A stretch of DNA of 60,796 nucleotides, filler included, from Stramenopiles sp. TOSAG23-6 (lineage: Eukaryota), in assembly GCA_900128565.1 (NCBI GenBank). It is 2 parts of 2 records of this genome, joined end to end, with 100 filler letters (N's around TTAATTAATTAA, not from the genome) between each part and the next. Parts side by side here need not be neighbours in the genome. Positions count along the whole stretch, not along the records: positions 30,671 to 60,796 come from LT635967.1; 1 more part is not named here. One strand, 5' to 3'. Both the position numbers and the translations under genes were made by a program. The notes under the pieces are model-generated. The model was not told the DNA's origin and ran no database searches. It worked only from the letters and a program-made list of their open reading frames with translations. Positions 52,305-60,796 of this stretch are shown piece by piece; position 1 is the first letter of the stretch; every line of letters starts with the position of its first letter.

Positions 52305-53009
52305 ATGTGTATAGATTGTGCAAGGAAAGCTATACAACATCTAATAGCTTGCTTCCCACCAGGTCCAGGAGGTTGGCGCATTTGTCTACTTGACCACGAC
52401 GACCACGTACATATTAGAGTCCACGTTGCTGGTGCAGGTGGAACTGTTGAGTTTAGTGAATGGGTTGATTTGGTGGCACCTTGGGCTGATATATATCCAA
52501 TGCTTCCGGAAAATACCTTCGTTCATATCCATCATGATTTAAAGTCGAATGGTTTACATAGTAATGTAATTGATCAAATTGAAAAGTTAGTGTGGGATGG
52601 TAGGAAAGATGGAAATATCTTTTGTAGCATCTGCAGAGATACTTTTACACTGGGTGAAGATATCTTAGTACTACCATGTAAACATAGATATCATGTAGAA
52701 TGTATTAAAACGTGGTTGAAGCGGAAAGATACATGCCCTGTATGTCGATTATGTGTCACGAGCGTAGAAATAGAGAAAAATAAAGAACTCCAAAATGACC
52801 TCAGACAGTTGAGAAGACGTGATGAGAAAAGTCTCAATAATAATGGTCATATACAATCTTCAAATAGTTCTTTGTTAACAGTATCAGAAAGAACACAAAG
52901 AACACAACCAACATCAATCACAGGCGCATATTCTGTTATAAGTGAAATTCATGCTGAAAATAGTCTCTCCCCCAGTCAAAGGATTAATAAGAAGTGTGTA
53001 ATATCATAA
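52305..53009 (+). CDS. RING-H2 E3 ubiquitin ligase
   Basis: CSIC...LPCKHRYHVECIKTWL...CPVCR. Confidence 0.88.
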   Translation: MCIDCARKAIQHLIACFPPGPGGWRICLLDHDDHVHIRVHVAGAGGTVEFSEWVDLVAPWADIYPMLPENTFVHIHHDLKSNGLHSNVIDQIEKLVWDGRKDGNIFCSICRDTFTLGEDILVLPCKHRYHVECIKTWLKRKDTCPVCRLCVTSVEIEKNKELQNDLRQLRRRDEKSLNNNGHIQSSNSSLLTVSERTQRTQPTSITGAYSVISEIHAENSLSPSQRINKKCVIS

Positions 53010-53113
53010 TAATAATAATATCATAATAATAACTCAAAGATTTCAATAGTAGTAAATATGTATATATTATAGGTGTAAAATGCTCAATTACGATTTTTAT
53101 TTATATTCTAATT

Positions 53114-55972
53114 TCAGCCATCGTTAATGACATTATCATTATCAATAAAACATCCCTCAATATCCTGAATAATATTATTCTCCTTCAAGTGTCTAAAAAA
53201 TAACATTGCATTTTCACTCTCATTTCTATTTGTTTCATATCGATTATATTCCAAACGTACATATATTGTGAAAAAGTATATTATTTTAAATTGTTAGGTA
53301 CGAAATTTCGTACGAAAAAAAAATTTAGATTAAAAATTCAATTTTGAAAACGTACGCTTAATAGCCAATTATGAACTTCGTCGTAAATAATTTCAACTTT
53401 TGGGAGAATTCCTACCCAAAGAGACGAATCAATTTCTTGCCATTGAACCTTTTTGTGTTTTTTATTAATTTCATGATTGGTCTCAATACACTTCACTATT
53501 TTTTTATCAATCAATGTCTTTAATGCTGTTGTGTCAATCTTTTTATTTACAGTAACTCGTAAAATTGTATTTCCAGAAGATTTTGCAAAAAGTCGTTTCA
53601 TAATTCGTTGTACGATGACACAGACTATTAGTAACCAGACCATATTTAAAGCAAACATGTATTGTGAAAAAATATTTCAAAAAAAATCGTTAGGTACAAA
53701 ATTTCGTATGAAAAATAAATAAATTTGAAATTCACGATGAAAACAAACCATAGACCTGGAATTCGAATAATATCATTGACAAACATATCATCAACCCACT
53801 TTGGCACAGTAATATTCAGTGTTCCACCGGATAGTCTGTCGATTATATCAAATGCAAAAGACCCCGCTACAATCATTTGAAGTACTTGCAGTGAAATTGA
53901 AGTTTTTTCTTTTACGGTTGATGTTTCGACAAGAAATTTGGTATGTATTTTGGAAAAATATTTCAAAACAAAAAAACGTTTTTTTATTAGGTACAAAATT
54001 TCGTACCAAAAAAAAAAACGAATTTGAAAAAAAATAAAACATACATTATTCTCCACATCCGAAAAAATGGCTTCCAACTGTTTCGTATTGATTACATCAG
54101 TCATCTGCTGAAGTGTCAACAATTGATGTTGCTCCCCTTCAATTAATTTTAATAAATCAGTACATCGTAAACATGTATTGTAAAAAAAATTAAATTCGAA
54201 ATTTGTTAGGTACAAGATTTCGTACGAAAAAAAAATTGAAATTCATAATGAAAACGTACCTATATCGCGTTTCATTTCGGCAGGTTCCAATACTTTAAAT
54301 AATCTTTTACCATTTAAATCTTCTGGTATATCTGGAATAGTAAGATCTTGGAGAGAGTCCGACAAATATTCCAAAATTTCCCTTAATAGAATTACATCAC
54401 ATGAAGCAGAGTTTAATTTGTCTCTAATTATCCCGACATTATTTGGATCTCTTTGGTAATTGCCAATCAATTCGCGGATGTTCGACATTAAGTCATCAAG
54501 TACAAAAGTTCGGATGAAAAAATTGCGGATAAAGATTTCCCGTGTGAGAAGTGATAAATATAAAAACAATATATTTTCATGTTGCATACAGTGTGGACCA
54601 CACAATAACACTCCATCTTGTCCCATCATAATGACATCTTTGTCGCCAAGGTCATGACATGCGCGTAAATCACCGAGAATTTGCTTCAACTCATTTTCTA
54701 AATCACCTTTATCCATATAATCCTCTCCGTCAATTTTTGGTGAAATTTTTTCTGCAACAATGCAATTGAATTTATTACGAGTTTGAGACTCACCCAAGAA
54801 AAGCATATTTAAAAGTTCACTTTGATATTGTGATAACAAATCATTCATTATTCGACTTGAATCTTGATGCAAATCAACCAACAATCTTGATAATAAGTCC
54901 AACGAAATATCATCTTTTTTACGGTCTAAAATAGCTTCTACAAATATACCATACACGATAGTGCCATCTACATTTAAGTGCATACCAAAGTTTTCTACTT
55001 GGACAATATCATCATTTTCCGGGTAATTTATTTCTGCTTCAAAATTAATAAATTGAACAAAGTCGTAATCTAATATTTTAACATCAGTAAGACCTGTAGG
55101 AACTTCGAATTGTGTGTCTGTAGGATTTTCATCAATAAGTGACGTAAAAAGTCCACCCTTACAGCGATCCATGGCCCCTAGGCGTTCATTTAAAGCAACA
55201 ATTTGATTGGCTCCAAATGGTATCCACTCCCCTACCATTACCATAACTTGTCCTATGACAATAGCTTCATCTAGTTCGTCTCGTATGCCGCTTGAACCCA
55301 TTGCGGACTCTTCAGCTCTATGGGAGTTTGTTGTAAATGGCATCATAAAACGACTCTCCTTAAAGGTGAGGAAACATAGGAGACATCTTCAGTTTCGGTT
55401 ACATTACTTTCTTTTCTTTCGCCTGATTCAGTATGTAACACAAAAGAACGTTTACTGTTGTTGTATTCTATTTTAAATATAGTACCATCCGTAGAGTGAA
55501 GAAACTTATCAACTTCATTCTTTACTTGTGTGGGTAGAATTTTAATAAATGCTATTCCCTTTTCAGACGCTTGAAACGCCGTGACAGGCTGAAAGTCTTC
55601 TGTTGAGAGTTTTAAACCATTTACCATATTGCCTTCTCGTAAGTCATCAATGACAGATTTACCCTCCTGAGAGACGTTCATCCATAATCTTCGAGAAACA
55701 CCATGATGTGATACAAGACAAGAAACAGGTGCATAATCTAAGTCAATGACACCTGCAACTATTCCTTCATACAGAAGAACAGAGAGAGGAATTTGTCGAA
55801 TCCATGTTTCTTCATCTGTTGCCAACTGTGCTGCATTTGCATATTTTGAAATCAAATAGAGGATTCGACAGTGTTCCATACCCCACTCTTCGTCTGGGTC
55901 GTCGTCCTCAGAAAGAAATTGGTTTGGTGGTTTCCATTTAATTCCTGGATTTTGTTCCTTTGATTCTGGCAT
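53114..55972 (-). CDS. Conserved-looking hypothetical protein with two C-terminal TM helices; four GT-AT introns and one frameshift near 55360
   Basis: Removing 54173-54259, 53943-54044, 53657-53748 and 53261-53355 yields one frame to TGA at 53114-53116. Confidence 0.75.
53261..53355 (-). mobile_element. Introner-like GT-AT intron, copy 6 (95 nt)
   Basis: GTACGTTT...ttcgtacgaaatttcgtacctaac...ttcacaatatAT|GTACGTTT; removal gives NWLLS-VRLEY. Confidence 0.82.
53657..53748 (-). mobile_element. Introner-like GT-AT intron, copy 7 (92 nt)
   Basis: GTTTGT...tacgaaattttgtacctaac...ttcacaatacAT|GTTTG; removal gives IPGLW-FALNM. Confidence 0.82.
53943..54044 (-). mobile_element. Introner-like GT-AT intron, copy 8 (102 nt, in frame and stop-free)
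   Basis: AT|GTATGT...gtacgaaattttgtacctaat...caaaatacAT; removal gives DVENN-TKFLVE. Confidence 0.8.
54173..54259 (-). mobile_element. Introner-like GT-AT intron, copy 9 (87 nt)
   Basis: AG|GTACGT...ttcgtacgaaatcttgtacctaac...acaatacAT|GT; removal gives KRDIG-LRCTDL. Confidence 0.82.
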
Positions 55973-56326
55973 TATCCTCTTTTACTATATAAAACTATAT
56001 ACAGATTGTCTGTAAAATAAATATGCTTCGTGAGTCTTTGGAAGGTTGTGTAATGCTAACGAGTTGGAAGTCAAAGTGTCAAAAAGTACCTGTAACGGTG
56101 GAGAATAACGGTACAAAAAAAGTTATCAATGAGAAATGGCTGAGAAACACGAAATATTTAAAAAAAAAAAAATATGCTATATTTTATTTTTTTTTAAACA
56201 GCTGTTATTCTTGGTATGACATTATAAGATGCTAACTAAAAGGTATAATATAAGCAAGGGACTATTTTCGAAAAATACCAGTGGTGCAAACAGTACATAT
56301 TTGTATATTTTCATTTGAGAGAAGAA

Positions 56327-57181
56327 ATGTGTTTAAAGTCATTCGTACTAAATTATTTTACTCTATGTACACTAGCAGTACTTCTTTATTCGACTTCAGC
56401 AACAGCAAGTATACTGGACTGTTGTTCTTCAAACCCTAGGAGACGATCACGAATCCAGCTGGCTGTTCGTGATCGTTTCCAAAACAGACAAACACCTATT
56501 GCGGAAGAAGTTGTTGAAGTTGTTGTGCAAAGTATGCTCGCCACACCTTCTACGCCACCTGTATCGCTAGTACCACCACACTCACCAGTAGAAATAGTGG
56601 AAAATGAAGCTACAACTACAACTCCTCGTGAAGGTGAACCATCAGCTCCTGATAGAACGGAACCCGAACCAGAATTAGAATCACATCCTCAAGTCGAAGC
56701 TCAGTATCAAACTGAAGCGCAGCCTGAAGTGGGTGTTCCAGAAGATCGGGAAAGTAAAGAAACCGTTGACGTTTTGCCAAAGAGTAGCCCTCGCCGTAAC
56801 TGTAGAAGTTGTTGTAGTCGACAAATTGTGGGAACGGCGGATATGACTGTGGAATCTGTTGATCCTGCAATCCAACGTCTTCGCAAACAAGCGGCAGCAG
56901 AAAAACCTAATCCATGTATCGCTCGAAGAAGTGACATATTCTTAGAACCTAAGTGTGTGGGTCAAAAAGATCCAATAACGTTAGTTGACATTGAAATTGA
57001 CGATAAGCCGGTGTGCCTCGCGGGTACTTGTTTTGCGAAAGAGGGTCTCCTTGATTTTTTTTTTCACTATACAATTCTTAGACGCGATGGCAGTGATAAA
57101 AGCCTTCGACATCCTATTACCAGGGCAGTAATAACTGATGGAAATATAAATTACATTTGGTGTTTATTAAATAAAGAATGA
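56327..57181 (+). CDS. Hypothetical secreted protein with a Pro/Glu-rich linker and a degenerate U-box/RING-like C-terminus
   Basis: Signal peptide; DPITL..I...C....CF....L...HPITR. Confidence 0.6.
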   Translation: MCLKSFVLNYFTLCTLAVLLYSTSATASILDCCSSNPRRRSRIQLAVRDRFQNRQTPIAEEVVEVVVQSMLATPSTPPVSLVPPHSPVEIVENEATTTTPREGEPSAPDRTEPEPELESHPQVEAQYQTEAQPEVGVPEDRESKETVDVLPKSSPRRNCRSCCSRQIVGTADMTVESVDPAIQRLRKQAAAEKPNPCIARRSDIFLEPKCVGQKDPITLVDIEIDDKPVCLAGTCFAKEGLLDFFFHYTILRRDGSDKSLRHPITRAVITDGNINYIWCLLNKE

Positions 57182-57553
57182 TAAAAACTAGAAGTGGAAC
57201 GGTAAAAATGCTTGCTTATTGAAATAAAATTATTAGAACTGTTATGAAATTATTTTTCGGTTGCATTGAAGTCATAATTATAGTGACAGAGAGAGCCACA
57301 GAGAGAGTAATTAAATTCAACACAACTTGATTATTCTAGCTAGCGCTGGCGCTGGAAAGCATTACAATTACAATTCAATATAATTAATAATTATCGCGCA
57401 CGAACCTGTTTTTTTTTGCGCGAGCCAGCGCTCTTTTTGGCCACCCGCGGTCCGAATATTACCAGTAGTACTACTAGTGACTACAGTCCTCTCCAACTTG
57501 TCAAGGGAAATATTCTCAATTCGTCTAACTATATAACTATAGAAACAACAAAT

Positions 57554-58741
57554 ATGGGAAAGAAGAAAGCTCCTGCTGATTCTGCTGTAGTTCGTCTTGG
57601 TCGACCAGGAAATAATGTAAAAATGGGAGTCGTTGGTCTCCCAAACGTTGGTAAATCTTCTTTTTTCAATTTACTTTGTAAGATGGATGTCCCTGCGGAA
57701 AACTTTCCCTTTTGCACAATTGAACCTTCTCTTTCTCGCGTGGAGGTGCCAGATAAACGATTTAAGAAACTTGTCGCAGCGTTTAAGCCTAAATCAGTCA
57801 AACCGGCCGTATTAGGAGTAACCGATATTGCTGGCTTGGTAAAAGGTGCTTCGGAAGGCGCTGGTCTCGGCAACGCGTTCCTTTCAAATATCCAAGCTAC
57901 GGATGGTATTTTTCATATGGTACGTGAATTCAAAGATAAAAACGTAACACATGTTGAAACATCTATTGATCCTATTCGTGATATTGAAATCATTAATGAT
58001 GAGCTCCGTATGAAAGACATCCAAATTCTGGAAGTGATGACGCAAGCAAAAGGAAAGTTGGTCAACCGAGGAGTTGGCTCGAAGGAAGCTAAGGCAGAAT
58101 ATGAGACTCTGGTGAAAGCACTGGAGCTTTTACAATCTGGTACTGCCCTGAGATTTGGTAAGTGGACGCCCAAAGATTGTATTGTGTTGAATGAGTTACA
58201 GCTTTTGACAGCAAAACCTCAAATTTATTTGGTAAATATGTCACGAAAGGGGTACTTTGAGAAGAGATCCAACTGGTTACCTAAGATTGCTGAATATTTA
58301 GCTGCAAATGGGGGTGAACAAATGATACCCTTTAGTGTGGCGTATGAGTCTGAGTTATTTGACATGGGAGAAGAAGAAGCAACAAAAGTCCAAAAAGAAA
58401 CTAAAGTAAACAGTGCTTTACCATCAATTATCAAGAAAGGATACCACTGCTTAAACCTTATTCACTTTTTTACTGCTGGTCCTGATGAAGTACGAGGATG
58501 GAGTATCCAAAATGGTTGGTGTGCTCCTCAAGCTGCGGGTACAATCCATGGTGATTTTGAAAAAGGTTTTATCTGTGCAGATATCTATGCATTTAAAGAT
58601 TTCCGTGTTCACGGAAGTGAAAAGAAGATTAAAGAAAAAGGTCTCTGTCGTCAACAAGGTAAAGGTTACGTTATCAAAGATGGTGATGTTTGCCACTTTA
58701 AACATAATGCACCAAAACCTAAAAAAAAACAAAAGGAATAG
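57554..58741 (+). CDS. OLA1: Obg-like ATPase (YchF/OLA1)
   Basis: GLPNVGKS, NFPFCTIEP, DIAGLVKGAS.GAGLGNAFL, LLTAKP, FFTAGPDEVR, APQAAGTIH.DFEKGFI. Confidence 0.96.
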   Translation: MGKKKAPADSAVVRLGRPGNNVKMGVVGLPNVGKSSFFNLLCKMDVPAENFPFCTIEPSLSRVEVPDKRFKKLVAAFKPKSVKPAVLGVTDIAGLVKGASEGAGLGNAFLSNIQATDGIFHMVREFKDKNVTHVETSIDPIRDIEIINDELRMKDIQILEVMTQAKGKLVNRGVGSKEAKAEYETLVKALELLQSGTALRFGKWTPKDCIVLNELQLLTAKPQIYLVNMSRKGYFEKRSNWLPKIAEYLAANGGEQMIPFSVAYESELFDMGEEEATKVQKETKVNSALPSIIKKGYHCLNLIHFFTAGPDEVRGWSIQNGWCAPQAAGTIHGDFEKGFICADIYAFKDFRVHGSEKKIKEKGLCRQQGKGYVIKDGDVCHFKHNAPKPKKKQKE

Positions 58742-58877
58742 TTTGTCGTTTTATTATTTTTTTTAACACGAGTAGAAATGCATTTGCATTCAAAATAAAA
58801 TAGATTTAATCGAGGAATCTTTATTCAATTGATATTGGTTTTATTATAGCAGTAGCTAGTAGGGTTCAGTAAAGAAC

Positions 58878-60122
58878 TTACGCGGAGGATATTGGTCGAA
58901 ATAAGAATGTGTTCATTAATCTTGGAACAGCTGATTGTGACCGGCTAATAATTCCAACGTCTGGAGATTTGTTTCTTTTTTTAGCAGGAGGTGTCGATAA
59001 AGGGCGCTTTGAGTTGAGCTTTGGTTTTACAAATGACTGAAGTGCCAAACGAAATGCACTTCTACGTTCATCCGTGAGAGCATGATAATCCGAGGCCGGA
59101 CGCTTAAGAGTGACTTTTGGTTTAAGGATTTGAAGACGTTGTTCTCCATTGATTAAGTCATCGATATTAAGAATATTTTTGCGATGTTCTTTCGGACCTC
59201 CATGAATATATATATTTTTTACCATACGCTGAACCCCACCTTCATTTACGTTATGTGTACCCAAAATCCTTTGTAACAATAGTAGTTTCGTTTTTTTATA
59301 TTCCAGAAGACGAATTCGATATGGATTGAGTTGATATAAAATACAATAATTTTCCCAAAGCTTAGTCACAATATTTCGAGTCGCAATAAATTTTTCACCA
59401 AAATGCAGTTGTTGGCTTGAAATCCAATTTGATAGTTGGGTTAAATCAAGTTCTCCTGTCTCATCCTTGAAAGGCTCTTTGTTAATATCTTCGAGAAGTC
59501 TTGTAATTTCACGGCCAACAAAATTGTCAGGAGTTTTTAAATCTTTGATTTTAAACGTTTCCAATTTTATCTCTTCAATGTCAATTTTAGAAAATTGGCT
59601 TGCTCTGGGGTTTTGTAAAACTGCCTCAAGAACAACATCTACGTCCTCTTGGAAATTGTTTAAGTACTTTAGAGCCATTCCATTATTACGTACACCAAGA
59701 AGTGCTAGTTTTTTATGTTCTTCTTCAAGAATCACATACTCCAGTATAAGTCCATTGGCTTTTATGCATTCTTCGAGCAGGTGTTTTCGTCGCACAATAT
59801 ATACTTGAAGCCATTCATATGCCTCTTCATGCCTTGTGACTACTGCAATAGTGACTTTTCGCATAAATGCTTCATATTTTTCAAAGGCCTCCTTTCTAGG
59901 GTACACATTCATGGAAAATATAATGTCCAGAAGTGTATCTCCATAAGCTTCTCCGCGAATCATCATTTCCAATACTTCATCGAGCTTTGCCTCCAAACTT
60001 TCAGTTCTGAACTCGCTAGACGCAGTAGAACCGGAAGTAGAACCGGAAGTAGAACCGGAAGTAAGTGTAGCGATGGATGAAGTGACCAACAATAATAAAA
60101 GAAAAGGATTGAATATGCGCAT
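58878..60122 (-). CDS. Hypothetical secreted protein with DUF4116-like repeats
   Basis: Signal peptide, (TSGS)3, VRNNGMALKY..FQEDVDVVLEAVLQN. Confidence 0.65.
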   Translation of the reverse strand: MRIFNPFLLLLLVTSSIATLTSGSTSGSTSGSTASSEFRTESLEAKLDEVLEMMIRGEAYGDTLLDIIFSMNVYPRKEAFEKYEAFMRKVTIAVVTRHEEAYEWLQVYIVRRKHLLEECIKANGLILEYVILEEEHKKLALLGVRNNGMALKYLNNFQEDVDVVLEAVLQNPRASQFSKIDIEEIKLETFKIKDLKTPDNFVGREITRLLEDINKEPFKDETGELDLTQLSNWISSQQLHFGEKFIATRNIVTKLWENYCILYQLNPYRIRLLEYKKTKLLLLQRILGTHNVNEGGVQRMVKNIYIHGGPKEHRKNILNIDDLINGEQRLQILKPKVTLKRPASDYHALTDERRSAFRLALQSFVKPKLNSKRPLSTPPAKKRNKSPDVGIISRSQSAVPRLMNTFLFRPISSA

Positions 60123-60494
60123 GATTTCTATTTACACGTACGATATACCAATCGAATGTAATTCAGAAATGTTAACGTCACGCGTTTCAGCTCCAGAGTC
60201 CAGAGTATCAAAAGAAGAGTATACGACGTGTACCACTGGGTACTGTATATACTATAGGTAGTTCCTGGTTGTTGATTGACAGGATTTGAGATTGACTGAA
60301 CTCATCAGAGGAACTCAGATAACGTACGTACCGGGTAACTTTCAAAAAGGTACCGGGTAATGTTTAAGTCAGTTCAAGACGTTTTTTTTTTCGATCTGAT
60401 CCCACTTTTTTATATTATTTTTGTTTTTGTCGATCCATCCATAAAAGATTGGTAAACACAAAAGAAAAATATATAATATCTTTCATCAAAGAAA

Positions 60495-60796
60495 ATGAAG
60501 CGGTTCTACAAATTCACGTATGCCCTATTGTTTTTAACATTTCGAAGCGCAAATAGCGTGGACACTGAAAATACTCCGCCTAGAAGTTCACAGAGATTTA
60601 GGTTCGTCGACCCAAAAACCACTACCACGACCAAACCAAATACAGGACAAGGAGAGAAAGGTGCAGCTTCTATTGACAAACCGGTAGAAGAATCTGGCGA
60701 GGAAACTGACAAAGGGACAGGAAATGACCCAAATAATGATTCAAAGAAAGCTGCAAAAAACGCCGCGAATAAGGAAGCTGCTAAAGGGACAGGAAA
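60495..60796 (+). CDS. 5' part of a probable secreted protein (runs off window)
   Basis: MKRFYKFTYALLFLTFRSANS-VDTEN..., open to the window end. Confidence 0.6.
   Translation, partial: MKRFYKFTYALLFLTFRSANSVDTENTPPRSSQRFRFVDPKTTTTTKPNTGQGEKGAASIDKPVEESGEETDKGTGNDPNNDSKKAAKNAANKEAAKGTG

Noticed and set aside
53261-54259. Regularly spaced palindromic repeats as a CRISPR array
   Set aside because: The spacers are in-frame exons of 128-301 nt in a eukaryotic gene, and there are no cas genes.

Overview
AT-rich, gene-dense eukaryotic genomic DNA, most likely from a heterotrophic protist. A stramenopile origin is my inference from gene architecture and is not verified. The window is two contigs joined by an artificial N44-TTAATTAATTAA-N44 linker at 30571-30670. 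It holds about 30 mostly intronless genes, including H+-PPase, CSE1, an atypical HSP70, a DEAD-box helicase, kaptin, TRAPPC2L, HMG-ISWI, thiolase, an importin-alpha-like gene, RPLP2 and OLA1. The main result is a family of nine near-identical 87-102 nt insertions in five genes. All lie in sense orientation and share a GTAYGT-like donor, a palindromic GTACGAAATTTCGTAC core fused to a CCTAAC branch-like motif, and a 3' end in ...CAATACAT with no AG. Removing each one as GT...AT (one as AT...AT) restores the reading frame. This looks like an introner family using non-canonical AT acceptors, alongside ordinary GT-AG introns. A region with no long ORF at 36.4-39.0 kb is a polycistronic snoRNA cluster with U17/snR30, six C/D and several H/ACA candidates. 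Other features are a 220-bp MITE with an 8-bp TSD, a recurrent promoter motif TACCGGGTA, and an LRR/histidine-phosphatase-like mosaic gene. Splicing is inferred from reading-frame logic only, since no transcript data were available.
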